A DNA stretch of 64,000 bases from Marsupella aquatica. Lineage: Eukaryota > Plantae > Marchantiophyta. A model generated the notes under the pieces. It ran no database searches, was not told the origin of the DNA, and was given only the letters and a program-made list of their open reading frames with translations. A program made the translations under genes and the position numbers. The stretch spans positions 24,054,709 through 24,118,708 of the forward strand of contig OZ316894.1 in assembly GCA_973895155.1 (NCBI GenBank). Reading direction: 5' to 3'. Below are positions 25,729 through 36,859 of the stretch, one piece after another. Positions within the stretch are counted from its first letter, which is position 1. Each line of letters starts with the position of its first letter.

Positions 25729-28700
25729 TCAAACCTGGTCCTCATCCTCGCCTCCATTTGACACAATAATAACGTCAGGTTTTTCCGAGATAATGGAACG
25801 GGACCGTGGCACATACGGTATAACAATTGACCACTCTAGGTCTGGTGGGTACGGAATATAGAAACACTGCTCAAGGTGACTTGGGAATGTAAATGGTTCA
25901 GATGTTTGCCAATGAGATGGTTGAAAGCTAGTTGCTGATGTCTTCAGTCGAGTAAACCCACACTCATCAAGAAGTACCGTGCGATTATCACCAACCAGGT
26001 GAATTTTGAACCACTTACACTTGAAGATATACTCTTCAAATTTGGAATCGGCATCATAGGATATGATCAAGATCTCCTCAATCTTCCCATAGTGAGGCAC
26101 CACATCTCTGATCACATTAGTGTCATGACGGCTACTTTGTGAATCTTGCATGAACTGCCCTTGAACTCCACAATCAAAAGTTCTTCCCCTCTTCTCATCA
26201 AGGTCAGAAATCCTGAAATGCCTCCCTTGTGTCCACATTGCTGTTCTGGTTTGAACAAGTCTTAAAGGACCATGAACAATTGTTCGAACCTCAGGAGTCA
26301 TATCTGGAAAATGTGATACATTCTCACCTTGGGCCACCATAGCATCCAATTGAAGTACTTTCTCCTTCATATACTCAAGGAACTTTGGAAAGATCCTTGG
26401 GCGACGACTCTCCCTCTTTGCATCCTCATAAAACTCTCTCCAATCTTCCATCACATTGTTGTTACTCAACATGAAAGTACTAACCTGTGTCAACTCCACT
26501 GCGGTTAGTAAGCGTGTTTTTTTTGCACCTGTTAAACGGTCCTCCTCCACTTCCCTCTCTTCCATCCAAGTGCGTGGAAAACTAGGATCAATGGTAGCTA
26601 AGATGTTACTACAATAAAACATACTCTCAGCTGCCAAGTATCCAGTTGCCATGCTCCCCTCCACTCGTGCACGGTTCCGTACATAAGCCTTTAACACGGC
26701 CATATACCTTTCCAGCCAATACATCCACCTACAATGCACCGGACCGGCAATGGCAACCTCCCTCACAAGATGAACGAGAAGATGCACCTGACAATCAAAG
26801 AAGGAAGGAGGGAGGGCCTTCTCCAACTTGCATACCACCTCTGCTGCCAATACCTCCATCCGTGGTATCTCTTCTTCATATATTTCCTTTGAGCATATCC
26901 ATCTCAACAAAGTGCCCAGTGACCAAAGGGCGTCTTGCACTTCTTCACTCCCCAAACCTATGATTGCCACAGGAAGTATATGTTGTAGTAAACGATGATA
27001 GTCATGTGTCTTGAGATACATTGGCCATTTATGACTGTCCTCCATCCCAAAAGCCTTACGTAGATTGGCACCATAGCCTGTAGGAAACCGCATCTGCCCT
27101 ATGCGTTGTCGAAACTCTCTTCTTTCACCAACACTCAAAACCCATGGAGCTGAAGGACGATGTTCCATCCCTGTGGATTCATCAACTATTATCCATACAT
27201 CTGGATGTCGTTCTAGATCCTGGCATGCCTCCCTAAAATTAATGTTCTTTTCCCCATAAAAGTGCTTGATCAAAGCCTTCCCAACATTTCCCTCTATATG
27301 CATGGGGTCTAACAAGTGATGAATCTTCAACTCAGACCAATAGGGCAAAGTGGCCAGTATACCCCACCTTGTCAATCCACTACCATCAAATCCCATGGCA
27401 TCTTCAGGGTCTGCCACCCTATCAGCTATGGACTTCCAATACGAAAATGTGGTGCGGTCAGGTATCTCACGCTCATCACCATTGATCATGTCAAAGTCTG
27501 AAAACAAAAGGGGGTCAGACCTCATGTGATGCCCAAGTGGAAGAAACTTGGTATGACCAAGGTAGATTATCTTGTGCAGCCATTTTGAGTACTTGGCCAT
27601 ATCGTGAAGGCTTGGACCACAAAGTGGAGCATGCCTTGTACCCTTGAGTTTGGAACCCAGAAACAAACCCAAACCCTGCTCACAAAATAACATTCTCAAT
27701 TAGAGTCAAAGGAATTGAAAAGTTCATGTACATAGAATTAAAGAGGGACTTCCTTCCAAACAAACTTGATCTCCAATACATGAAAAAAATACAAATCCAT
27801 ACCACTCACCTGGATAGTCATGCATGGTCCACATAATGATTCCCTTCAATTGGAAGACACGTGGTAACCCTCCTGTAGTTGTCCGATCATCATATGCCCA
27901 TACACCCCCCCATAATTTATGGAGTTCCCCAACCAAGAGCGCCAAGTAGGTGTCCATGTTTTTTACCTTAGATGGACCTGGGATAATCAATGATAGCAAT
28001 AAGAATCCCTTTTTCATGGACAACCATGGGGGAAGGTTGTAATTCATAACAACCACCGGCCAAACCGAAGTAGGGCGCCCTTTCCCTCCAAGGGAGTGTG
28101 GGCTTACCCCATCTGATGCCAACCCCAACCTCACATGACGAGGGTCACGTGCAAATTCTGGCCATTGTGACTCCACATGCTTGTGAGCAGGGGAATCAAC
28201 TGGCAACCGCATGACACCGGCCTCTAATCGATGTGTCTTATGCCATACCATCAATTCTGCCAAGTCAGAACATCGGTACATGTGCAACAATCGAGGAATA
28301 ATAGGAAACCAACGAACAGCTTTTCTAGGCACCTTTGAGGTCAACATGTTGGTTTCATATCGAGGCTCTTGACAAATTGGACACTCAGTTGCGTTGGCAT
28401 TGGTCTCATGATAGAGAATGCAGTCATTCACACAAGCATGAATGATATGGTATTCCATGCCAATGGATGATAGAACCCTCTTTGCCTCCTTCCAAGTTCC
28501 TGGCAACACATTTTCACTAGGTAACAAGAGATCATGGCAAATTGCAAACAAATCCGATAGTAGCGCATTGCTTGCCTTGTGTTTTGCCTGAAGATTCATC
28601 AATGCCAAGATGGCAGATAGTCTATTCAAACGAGCACCCCCATAAATAGGTGTTCTAGCATGTGCCTCAGCTTCTTCCCATTGTTTTTGTCCTTCAGGTG

Positions 28701-28999
28701 TACGTTGAGGCCTTGGATCATGTGCAACATTTGGTGGAGGGTCTCCTTCATTGGGTGGGACACCTCCTTCACCACCAATGTCTACACCAAACCAATCTGT
28801 CATGAAGTCATCCATGGCTGACTCTTGGTCTTGCATGACCTCATAATCTGTCCGAGGTGCCCCTTCATCTGGACTGTCATTATCATTGTCACTTGATGAG
28901 GAATCTGCTGATGATGTTTCCCCGTCTTGTGGCAAGCCCATTTCTTGATATGTAGCTCTCAACCTCCTTGGCAACATATCTTGACTAGGCCGCACATTC
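25729..28999 (-). pseudogene. EnSpm/CACTA Tnp2-type transposase (Transposase_21 + DUF4218 + DUF4216-like)
   Basis: IHACVNDCILY, CPICQEPRY, WFPIIPRL, RHVRLGLASDG, YNLPPW, HDYPG, LDPMHIEGN, KTHDYH, PPSFFD..VHLLVHL, WMY.LERYM.VLK.YVRNRARVEGS, YGKIEEI, FKCKWF. Intron ~27677-27808 and an apparent frameshift just after it. Confidence 0.93.
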
Positions 29000-29148
29000 T
29001 ATAGAAAATACAATAAAGTATTCACAATGAAATTAACGCCAAATATAGTAGTGCTCGAAACATATTATTAACAATATAAAAAGAACATATCATTACAAAA
29101 CATACGTTCACATACGATGAACGTATAATACATGTCCCTAAAGTAATC

Positions 29149-29965
29149 CTAATCCCATTCATAATGTGTAAACAACTCCTCTCCAACCAGAATGGTCCTA
29201 TTAGCTACAACTAGACAATGGTCATGATGATATCTCTGCCCATAAGGGGCTGGAGGGGGACCATCAACAAAAACCCATTCATAGTTTTTCCTACGCTTAG
29301 GCCGGGTCCCCACAGTACTGTTGATGAAACCGGCAATATTCCCACTACGGATGGGATCACCATCAATTATACGCTGGTCACAATACTTTCTGGTGCAACC
29401 ATCAAAAGTATCCATGTCCAATGCATAAGTCTTCCACTCAGGGTGTTGAACAAGGATCATGTTCCAATGTCTCCTCTTGTAAATGGGTCCACCATACGGG
29501 AACAACGTTGGTCCATCTGAAGAGCGCCCTTTTCCACCCATATCATCCACAATAATGTCCTGACAAGAGAAAATCCCATACCCATGCCTCTCCCCTAGGG
29601 TCGAACTCTTGACAACCCAACGTCTTCCCCAAACTTCTATCTCCTCACCATAGGTTATATCACATGGCAAACCAAGGCACTCCGGATTCCAATCCTTTAT
29701 GATAGGAACACACTTCCCTGTGAAGGTACAAGGGCCCCATCTACCATCAACCCTACAAGTGTACTGATCCACTTCCCCTCTAGGCTGTCTTTTTGACTTT
29801 TTTTTCCCTCTTGTAACAATACCGCCACCCTTAATTGTCCCAACACTACCTTGCCCTGCTGCCACTAAACGAAAAGCTTGTGAAAGTGCCGAGCCTATAG
29901 CATCTAGAACTCCTTGTGAGGGAACATAGGGTGTTGGTGTAGTGGGTGTAGGCCTACTGGATACC
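29149..29965 (-). CDS. SET-domain (lysine methyltransferase-like) exon carried in the CACTA transcription unit
   Basis: Open frame with VKSS...HGYGIFSCQDI, FPYGG, IDG...GNIAGFINS...N, VVANRTILVGEELFTHY: the SET signature motifs. Acceptor AG at ~29966. Confidence 0.8.
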
Positions 29966-30075
29966 TATAGGAAGAAATGGAACCAAGTGAGTGTGATGAA
30001 CCTCCCAAATTTTATTTTATGCTACCTAGCAAGATTTACAAAATAAAATGGAAATCACAGTAAGTTTACAACTCA

Positions 30076-30310
30076 CCATACGGGATGAAGAAGCTCCCGG
30101 TGTAAGACCTCGATGTTGGCCATATCGAGCAATGTGCTCCGCACATACATATGACTTTTGGACAACCATCCCCACACTTTTTTTACAACCACAAAGTTGG
30201 CGTGGTGGACCACTAGGTCGACGTACGGTTGGTTCAGGTTGAGGAGGAGGATGACTTTCTTCATCGGAAGAGGAATCTGATGTGGTGGAAGTTGTAGAGG
30301 ATGAAGACAT
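30076..30310 (-). CDS. Putative shared first exon of the CACTA unit (Ser/acidic tract + C-x-C...H motif)
   Basis: MSSSSTTS...QLCGCKK...CAEHIARYG, ending in a GTGAG donor at ~30075. Resembles the transposase-associated domain N-terminal to Tnp2. Confidence 0.55.
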
Positions 30311-31619
30311 CTGACAAGTATAGCAATTGGAAGGCAATTAGTAAAAACTTCACCAAAACCATCATTGATAATCCCTACCTAAATATATTAAAAAGAATTG
30401 ACAGAAAAATACCTTTATGAGACCCGGGCTTAGCAATGCCTTGACGATTTTGTGGGAGGGAATGGATCTTGACTATGTTGTCTGGGTTTGGACGCATCTT
30501 GTCTCCAAGAAATGACTAGTTTTCTAGTTAGTTTTTGGCTAGCGCCGAGCGCTATTCATGTATTAGTCGAAAACCTCCGACGGTGTCGACCGTGACTTCA
30601 TGGATGGGATTTTTAGGCCAGATTGTTGATGTTGATAACTGCATTTTGTATCACTTAAGCCGAGCGCGTTTTCTATTTTGCGATAATATATGCGAATGTT
30701 TTTTCCGGCCTTTCTTTTCTACTTGTATTTGTCTTGGATTTTGTGTATCTCAATTGGCAGCCATCTTTTATGTTTCAAAAAATTGTTTCCGTGTTGTTCT
30801 TTTATTTATCACGAGGGTTTGGTGGTTTTGTTTTCTATTCTTGTACTTTCAAATGGAGATTTTGAGACCTTTTTTTAAGATCACTTTTCACGACCATCCA
30901 AACACTGTTCACTGGTAACAGCTACCAGTGAACAGTTTCCTGTTACTATTACCAGTGAACAGTTTCCTGTTACTGTTATCTGTTTGCTGTCGTTTGTAAA
31001 TTCCCCCTTCAAATGCACTCACACTTAATGGTCACAATGAAGATTGGTCACAATGAAGATTGACAAGGTGCATTGCAAGATTGAGGACTACCAAAGCAGG
31101 CAAAAAGTCTCAAGTCCTTTCACTAATCCAAAGGACTATCAACGGCCAAGATTAGCACATCTAAAGTCAAAAAGGACTTAAACAAATCAAATGCGTATAA
31201 GATGCATTCATTAGTATTTCAGCTCCCGAGGTAACCCCTTTCTTGTCGCAACTATAATTTATGAGTGAAGGACAACCGGTTCTCTAGGAGAGTGCTGGTG
31301 CTATTAGTTCTGCGTGGAGGACTTTTCAAAAACAAGGAGTCAAAGTCCTTTGGGGAAACTCATTTTTTGTCCCGACATATAATTTACAGTTGGACAACTA
31401 GTTCTGTGGGAGAATGTCGTCGGCGCTACTAGTTTCGCAGGGAATTTTCAAAATCTAGGAGTGAGAGTCCTTCTCACTTAGGCGCGAGCTACAATTTGTT
31501 CAGAAAGTATCGAAGCCGAGCGCAAGGGTCCATACTTAGCCTCGTGAAGCACAAGATGGATGCCTCTGTGAGAATTCATTCAAGAGCAGTCGTGCAATGA
31601 TGTGAGATTCAAGATGTTC

Positions 31620-32560
31620 TAATTTGTGTTGCCTTCAAAGCATGGGGAATGAGCTCATGCAAAAAGGAGGGTAGGGTTTACTTGTTCAAGCGCGCTCTGC
31701 CAAACAGCCAATCAAGCTGCAGATTTAATTTGCGTCTGAAGCTTTGCGGATGACATTCAAATCCGAGCATGAGCAAGGGGAATAAGCGCAAAAGGAGGGC
31801 AATGAAGCTGCAAGTTTTATTAGGGTCTGAAGCATTGCTGATGATGACGGGAACTTCGGGAAAGAGTGCGAAGGAGGTCTGAAGAGGATCAAAGGGTTGA
31901 ACATTGACTCAAATCACTCACTAGCAGCCATCATCGGCAGAATTGAGGTAAATATATGCCTCAATGCTTTTGTTTTCGAAGAGGAGATTTTCTTTGCACT
32001 GAAGAAGCAAGGACGTTGGACAGAGTATGTGATGATTGACAGAATCAAAGTAGCTTAAATTTTGAAAGGCTTTGTTTGTTAACAAGAGTTCAAGTTGCGT
32101 TAAAGTCTGGAATGACCAACAGTGGCCTTTAAAATACCTAGCCTTGTGGAACGCAAAATAGGTAGCAACTCTGGAAAGTTCTATGATTGGGTTAAATTGA
32201 TTGAAAGAGCAAGATCCATGGTGTGATGTGAGATCCATGCTCTGATAAATCCGTGTTGCCTTCAGAGCATGGGGAATGAGTGCAAAAAGGAGGTTCAATG
32301 AAGCTGCAAATTTATTAGGGTCTGAATTAAGCTTTGCTGCCGACGTACATTAATTTGAATCCGAATAGGAACTTCAAGAAAGAGCATGGAGAGGAAGGTC
32401 AAGCAGCCAATCAAATCAGTATTGGCAGCTATCGTGAACAGAATTGAGGTACATTAAATTAAATTGATTTGCTTTTGTTTTGAAGAGGAGAAGTTGCTTT
32501 GGACTGGAGAAGCAAGGACACTAGCTAGACAGAGTATTTGATGATCGACACAATTTAGGG
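31620..32560. repeat. Imperfect direct duplication upstream of the Sola2-like gene
   Basis: Blocks tgttgccttca.agcatggggaatgag, aatgaagctgcaa..tattagggtctgaa, gaattgaggta and gaagcaaggac recur at ~31625-32040 and ~32250-32550. Confidence 0.65.
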
Positions 32561-33170
32561 AGTTCCCAGTTGAAAGGCTTTTCTTAGGGCTTTTCTTTTT
32601 CAAGAGGAGAAGTTGCATTGGACTCGATCAGGAAGGGTAGCAAGTCTAGAGATTAAATGTGATGATTTTGTGAGGTATGTTCTAAGTCATGAATTGAAAT
32701 TGGATCCCTGGGACGTAGGTGAATTTTATTCTATGAGGGTGGGCGGCCTTTGATTGGTAAAGGAAGTTGAACACCCCAACGTATTTGATGCTCCATGATT
32801 AGGCTGAAATGGCTACTCTTAATCAGGTATCCGATGCCCTAGCAAGAGAGAGGTTGGAGAAGCGAAGGTTGGCAAATCGCAAATCCAAGTTGAAAAGACA
32901 AGAGCAAATAGCAAACGGTCAGCACATAGGTGGTCAACAGGCAGTTGATGAAATGATTCATGAAACACAACAACAGTGCAATCTCATGATGGAGAGTGCT
33001 AAGCAGCAATGTCAAGATTTAGTGATTGATGGCAACCAAAGGCAAAGAGAGTTATTGGCTGCTGGGCAATCAGAGGCAATGAGAATTACTAGTGAGGCTC
33101 ATGAAGCTGCCGCTGTGATGTTGCGTACAGCCCGGGAAGAAAGTGAAAATCTCAAGGAGGCTACGCATTC

Positions 33171-33835
33171 CCCTGGGCCCCCAGCCTTTGTAAACTAAAG
33201 AGGTATACGTGCGTACACCCCCCTCCTTAGTACCCCTTATTATTTTTGGAAGCCTATACAAATTTCTCTTGTTATTCTTAAAAACTTAATTTTGGAGAAT
33301 AAATCTGCCCCTTTGAGATATTATAATTTCACATTTTACACCATTTATGAAAGCCTTGAAAAGTTATAAATTCATCATTTGCACACGGTTCTAAAACTGA
33401 CGGGAGTGTTTTGGAAGGGTTTTGGGTACATACATTTTTGTGTTCGTGACCCTTTAACCCCAAACTTCAACTTTGGGGCATTTTTGAACCACACGGCAGG
33501 GTAGTCAGGGTTCAAAAGCTCCAAAGTCCTAAACTACTCTGAATCATAGATATTGCAAGCATAATTATATGTCATATACACATGTTCCAATAAAGGGTGG
33601 CCACAAGGACCAATCCTATTGTGACGCATGTCACATCCATATTACATCACCTCTTGAAGCATATTAACTTGGGCAACATTTATATAAGCCTATATTAGTT
33701 AGAAAGGGTTCTTTGAATAAAACCATCCCTTGATATTTCTAAGCCAATTATAAAAATTAATCTCAAATCAGATTTTTTGCACCCTTCATCCGTTCGCACG
33801 TCCAACCCATTATTAATAATGCTGGGGGCCCAGGG
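33171..33835. mobile_element. 665-bp non-autonomous TIR element (MITE) with 8-bp TSD
   Basis: Perfect 15-bp TIR CCCTGGGCCCCCAGC. TSD ACGCATTC at 33163-33170 and 33836-33843. Removal restores the host frame. Confidence 0.93.
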
Positions 33836-35747
33836 ACGCATTCATACCATTTTGAGATTTTAGAGTCTAGGCGGAGGACCCTAAGGGCAAGCATTCCAAC
33901 ATAGGTCAACGCCCACATTCGAATGCCAAGGCAGAGCACCCAAACTGCTTGCACTCAAGTGCATGCAGCCCACCTTCATCCACTAAATAAAGGTGAGCAC
34001 GATAATTGTGGTTGTGATGACCAATTGCAGGAAGATTCCATTCTTGAGAAGAGGAGGAAGGATGCAGACAGGAAGAGATTTGAGTACCAAAGGAGCAAGC
34101 GCTCTGTTCCAGAAGACGGTGTAACTCCCAACCAAAAGAGAAGGTGCATTACAATTGTGTTATCAGATATAGTTAGGTACATTTTGGAGAAGACCGCTAC
34201 ATTCAATGTAGGTGCAAGGAGGGCAGTACTATCTGGTATCTGGTTGCACAAATACTTGAAGAAGTACCAGCCTACAAGACTAGGTTTGCCTAAAATGGAT
34301 TGGGCTGTAGCTGCTGCATTATAACACGATTTCGGACCGACCGAGAAGTGTGTCGGAGTTCTCGTTTAGCCCGATCCCATTTTTTTTCTAAGGCAATGCA
34401 ATGACCGATAAAACTGGCAAAAACTCTCCAAAATGCCACTTTCCTCCATTGCATCGCCGCGGGAATGTAGGGAGCGATACGTGCATCGGGTTTTACATTC
34501 CATCAGTGAAAAAGTCCAAACTACGAGGTCCAAACCGCATAATCCAGGAACGACCACGCACTAACCCAGGTAAAGGGGAAACTTAACCATGGTTAAGGGG
34601 AAATTAACCATGGTTTAGAGCGTCTCCTATATAAAGAGGAGCGGGCTGCCCATAAAACGTTTGCTTTCGCCAGAGCAAATATCTCTTGACTGAGAGCGAA
34701 TACCAAACTCCCATCGAGTCTTACATTCCTCCCAAGCGATTCGACTCTTTCTACCGAAAACCCGATAAATTTATCGGAACAACCATTCCTGTTCAAGTTC
34801 TCCATGTAAGACTAACTAGTCATTTAGTGTAAAATGTCCAGATCTGAACGGACTACGATAAATTTATCGCATTCTGCATTCCTCTGTTGCAATCATTTGA
34901 TCCAGTGTTTAGAGAGGTGTTGCCTTCATTCCGATAAATTTATCGGAGTCTTCATTCCTTTCATGGAAAGAGGAGTAATTGAGAATCCGATAAATTTATC
35001 GGAGTTATCATTTTTGTGAAAGATTGAATTCAGGGCTTAGGTGTCTGAGGAAGTCATATTTTCAATTCGAATGCGGAGTGCGATAAACTTATCGCATCCT
35101 CCTGTGAGAATCATTTTCCTTTGTTTTGTTTGGAGACTCATCTTCATCTCTGATGTCACAGTGTTGCCGGGTTTAGGAGGCACAACGGAAGGTCGATTGC
35201 ACTCCGTGGACAACAGGTATTGTGACAAATGGCTGTCTTCCATGTATTGTCAAACATGCATGCCGGTTGTACAAGAGACTTGTGCGACTCAAAGTTCTCC
35301 CCATCGGTATAGGAGCATTGTGGATGGGTGGTACTGATCCTGGAGATAGGCAGAATCCTCTCCGCATTGAATTTATGGAATGAATGATGCAGGAGTTCCA
35401 ATTCGTTCGAGGTTGATGTTAACGGCGTGTTTACATTCTTTGGAGTTTTCTTGTAACTATTGTTGTCGTCGTCTTGACAACAAGTACCACAAATAGGCTC
35501 ACTTCTGTTGTAAGATTTGGAACGAAGACCCTTGGGTGAACCTTTCACGATGAGTGTTTTGACCTTTGCATTGAGGCGCGTCTTGTAAGGACATATTTAA
35601 ATAAACAAGTCCTACCCTTGCGCAGCGAATATAATACGTCACGAGTCCTAATCGTTAAACTGTCGTGCAGGGTTGGTATTGTGGATGTGTTCGGTTACAC
35701 CTGGTGATTGAAGGTATTTTTATTGGTGGTTTTGGTAGCTCTGCTTC

Positions 35748-36290
35748 ATGGCTGCGTCGGAGAATCTAATCGTTGCAAAGATGGGATCCGTTTTAGCCCA
35801 CGAGCGTAGGAAATATATTCGAGGAAAAGTGCTCGGTGTGGAATGTGGAACTTTGTTGAATGGACTTCCCGATCAACTCATTGAATCTCACATTTGGCCC
35901 CTCCTAGCCTTGTCTTGCACACAAGATGAACACCTTGGCCTTGACCTAAAACTTCTACCAGAAGAACGACTGACTCGAATGAGAACAATCATTTGTCTTG
36001 GAGCCACCTCAAAGAAATGGAACCATCTTGTTGTTGGTACACGATTTTGGGCGCTATTGAAATATGCAGTCCATGAGATCAATGACATAAACAAAATGCT
36101 TGCAAGCATTCCTAATGCCGACCTTCTCTCAAACATACATATTGCTAGGGTCTTCCAAGAGGAAACTCATTTCCTCCCTCCCATAGATATGCTTGGGTGC
36201 TTTTTGTATGAGCAGTTAGATCAGTTTCGTAGAGTTTGGATAAATCTTGGAGAAAGTGGGAAGCAGACAATTCTTGCATGGCATGGATGA
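35748..36290 (+). CDS. F-box-like protein (cargo of the Sola1-like element)
   Basis: Intact 180-aa ATG ORF with LNGLPDQLIESHIWPLL ... LGATSKKWNHLV, matching the two ends of the F-box signature with an insertion between them. Confidence 0.55.
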   Translation: MAASENLIVAKMGSVLAHERRKYIRGKVLGVECGTLLNGLPDQLIESHIWPLLALSCTQDEHLGLDLKLLPEERLTRMRTIICLGATSKKWNHLVVGTRFWALLKYAVHEINDINKMLASIPNADLLSNIHIARVFQEETHFLPPIDMLGCFLYEQLDQFRRVWINLGESGKQTILAWHG

Positions 36291-36859
36291 GTCTGAGTGG
36301 ATGAGGCATTGCTGTGAACATCCGATAAATTTATCGCACTCCTCATTCCTCTAGTCGATTTTGGGTGCTCTAAGGTTTGCTCAAGAAGAGCTTGTAAAGA
36401 AACACTTTGAATGTAATTGACTCTGCCTCCCCTGACTTCGGGTGGTGTGGTCCAGAGTGTATTTGTTTGCGCCTCTTTGGACGATTAGCTGACAAGTGCA
36501 TTGGCTTCACAGCCCGTTATACAAGGTACTGTAAAGTTGGATGAAACTTGTAGAATTGTAATTAGTATGTTCTCCAAAATTTATTCCTGATTTCTATTCG
36601 GTGATCAGACCATGCTCGAGCGACGCATTTTTGTACCCTACTTGGATCCTCCAGAATGGGGGAATGGAGCCATGCTGGACCAGCTAAGAAGGCTGGATGA
36701 GTCACTAATTTTAAAGATATGCAGGCTGGTAGTAAAACCATAATGCATTTCACTTCTACGTAGATCAGGTACGGGGAGAAATTTATATTTGGTGGGATAG
36801 ATATGTTGGATTTTCTAGAAGAGTTATCCTACTCTTTCTGAAAACCGGTGTAGTAAGAC

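Larger units (their letters stand above)
15241..30553. repeat. Dispersed 13-bp palindrome AGCGC-NNG-GCGCT, 14 copies
   Basis: Copies at 15241, 16932, 17066, 19391, 19454, 19589, 19737, 19799, 20883, 22312, 22405, 24180, 24286 and 30541. Several extend to longer inverted repeats (e.g. atactagcgccgggcgctagtat). Confidence 0.9.
14659..30994 (-). mobile_element. Putative EnSpm/CACTA-type composite element (imperfect TIRs, cctgttac subterminal repeats)
   Basis: Left catgacagaaaaca vs reverse complement of right end aacgacagcaaaca (11/14). Clusters of cctgttac/gtaacag repeats at 14685-14760 and 30905-30980. Contains a Tnp2 transposase. No TSD found, so pairing of the ends is tentative. Confidence 0.55.

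Noticed and set aside
24974-29053. CACTACTACAT (24974) paired with ATATAGTAGTG (29043-29053) as a complete CACTA element
   Set aside because: Flanks (tgt vs ctc) give no TSD, the right end lacks subterminal repeats, and it would cut off the apparent first exon.
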